This document shows, piece by piece, positions 62,193-64,000 of a DNA stretch of 64,000 nt. The translations under genes were made by a program, and so were the position numbers. Each line of letters starts with the position of its first letter. Position 1 is the stretch's first letter. The stretch lies in assembly GCA_951406725.2 (NCBI GenBank), contig OX597821.1:101184001-101248000 (forward strand), read 5' to 3'. The notes beneath the pieces are model-generated. The model did not search any database, was not told the DNA's origin, and saw only the letters and a list, made by a program, of their open reading frames with translations. The stretch comes from Octopus vulgaris. Taxonomy: Eukaryota.

Positions 62193-62560
62193 AGGCATGA
62201 CTGTAATTAAGAAGCTTGCTTGCCAACCGTTTGGTCTTGGGTTCAGTCCTACTATACTGCACCTTGGACAAGTATCTTCTACTGTATGACCCAGACTGAC
62301 CAATGCCTTGTTAGGGAATTTGGTAAATGGAAACTGTATAGAAGCCTGCTGTGTGTGTATATATATCTATGTATGTTTATGTTTGTCTCATCTCCACCAC
62401 TTGACAACCGATGTTGGTTTGTTTGTGTCCCCATGATTTAGCTGTTCGGCAGAAGAGACTGATAGAATAAGTACCTGATTAAAAGAAATAAGTACTGGGC
62501 TTGATTTGTTGAAGGTGATGCCCAGCATAACTGCACTATATTGACTGGAACAAGTAACTG
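62193..62560 (+). mobile_element. SINE family A, full length
   Basis: Colinear with 16457-16886; its 3' half is duplicated at 62902-63090. Confidence 0.88.
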
Positions 62561-63452
62561 ATAAAGGATATATGAAAATAAACTTTGTCATAACCAAATC
62601 ATTTGTGTAACTACATGTTCTGATAGACTGCATATGGATTGAACCATCAACAACAGGAATGGAGAAAAGAAACTGAAGTAGGATACACTCTAGTGATAGA
62701 GGATGAAGATTATATTTTAGGCTGACACTTGTATAAAGACCTATCGAAATGTTACCCTTTTCTTCTGGCACAGCATTATTACAGAACTGACTATATTATT
62801 TATTTATATCCATTCTATAGCCATGAAGCTGTCACATAAGTGGATTGAAATTAATTTCATTGATTTGTTCTTTAAATTGTTGAAGTGAAAATGGGGAAAG
62901 AATGTTTCTGTTTGTCTCATCTCCACCACTTGACAACCGATGTTGGTTTGTTTGTGTCCCCATGATTTAGCTGTTCGGCAGAAGAGACTGATAGAATAAG
63001 TACCTGATTAAAAGAAATAAGTACTGGGCTTGATTTGTTGAAGGTGATGCCCAGCATAACTGCACTATATTGACTGGAACAAGTAACTGATAAAGGATAT
63101 ATGAAAATAAACTTTGTCATAGCCAAATCATTTGTGTAACTACATGTTCTGATAGACTGCATATGGATTGAACCATCAACAACAGGAATGGAGAAAAGAA
63201 ACTGAAGTGGGATACACTCTAGTGATAGAGGATGTGAAGATTAATATTTTAGGCTGGACACTTCCTGTTATAAAGTACCTATCTGAAATGTTACCCTTTT
63301 CTTCATTTTATGGCACAGCATTATACAGAACTTGACTATATTATTTATTTATTTATCCATTCTATAGCCATGAAGGCTGGTCACAATAAGTGGATTGAAA
63401 TTAATTTCATTGATTTGTTCTTTAAATTGTTGGTGAAGTGAAAATGGGGAAA

Positions 63453-63454
<2 letters not shown>
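62373..63454. repeat. Tandem duplication (62373-62901, 529 bp; 62902-63454, 553 bp)
   Basis: First ~330 bp almost identical; last ~200 bp differ by many 1-5 nt indels. Confidence 0.95.
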
Positions 63455-63507
<53 letters not shown>

Positions 63508-63509
63508 AC

Positions 63510-63840
63510 AGTCTGATAAAAAGTTTGCTTCCTCATTACATTGTTTTAGGTTCAGTCCCATTATATTGCATCTTGGGCCCCCCCACACTAAACAAAACTT
63601 TGTAAGTAGATTTCATAAATGGAAATTATCATGTGTGTATATATGTTTTTCTGTTTGTGTACAAGCGGTTTGGATTGCTTCCAATCCTCCATGAAAACCT
63701 CACTGCCCATGGGGAAAATGTTACCTTACTTAGAAAAAGATTGGTAACAGAGTATTGACCATAAAAATTCTATCTCAATATATTTGAGCCATTCAAGAAT
63801 GGAAAAGTGGATGTTAAAACAATCATGATACTGATGATAT
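63510..63840 (+). mobile_element. Degraded chimeric SINE (A head + RTE-type tail)
   Basis: ggttcagtccca...cttggg head and ccaatcctccatgaaaa...ttaccttacttagaaa...atggaaaagtggatgttaaa, matching 55053-55470. Confidence 0.72.
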
Positions 63841-64000
63841 GTATATAAGTGTATGTATATGTGTATCTACCTATATTTATATGTTTATGAGTCTGTATGT
63901 ATGCACACATACACACACACATATCTATCTAGCTATCTATCTATCTGCACACACACACATATGCATGCATGCTTGAAGGCTGGCCAAAGCTTAAAAGTTG

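Overview
Eukaryotic, very AT-rich animal genomic DNA (roughly 30% GC by eye, not computed), dense in microsatellites and repeats. The tRNA-derived SINEs, RTE-type LINE relics and TTAA-flanked MITEs look like those of an octopus (coleoid cephalopod); this is recognition, not a database result. One protein-coding gene can be assembled by hand on the minus strand: three coding exons (59442-59852, 39436-39607, 29649-30355) with canonical GT-AG introns of 19.8 kb and 9.1 kb and matching phases. It encodes a 429-aa SLC10 (bile acid:Na+ symporter family) protein. Exon 2 is absent from the ORF track. The main finding is that the eight positions compared map onto human NTCP numbering at a constant +63 offset, yet three canonical Na+ ligands are non-polar (S105>G, N106>L, Q261>F). 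The protein also has a long Ser/Thr-rich N-terminus, a C-terminal class I PDZ ligand and an overlapping uORF ending in an AUGA stop/start. Non-coding points of interest: a ~350-bp-arm near-perfect inverted duplication, two compact hairpins, a SINE family found only on the + strand, a SINE/LINE shared 3' tail, and a 529-bp tandem duplication that is probably an assembly artefact. Almost all other listed ORFs are spurious. No prokaryotic features, CRISPR, rRNA or genuine tRNA were seen.
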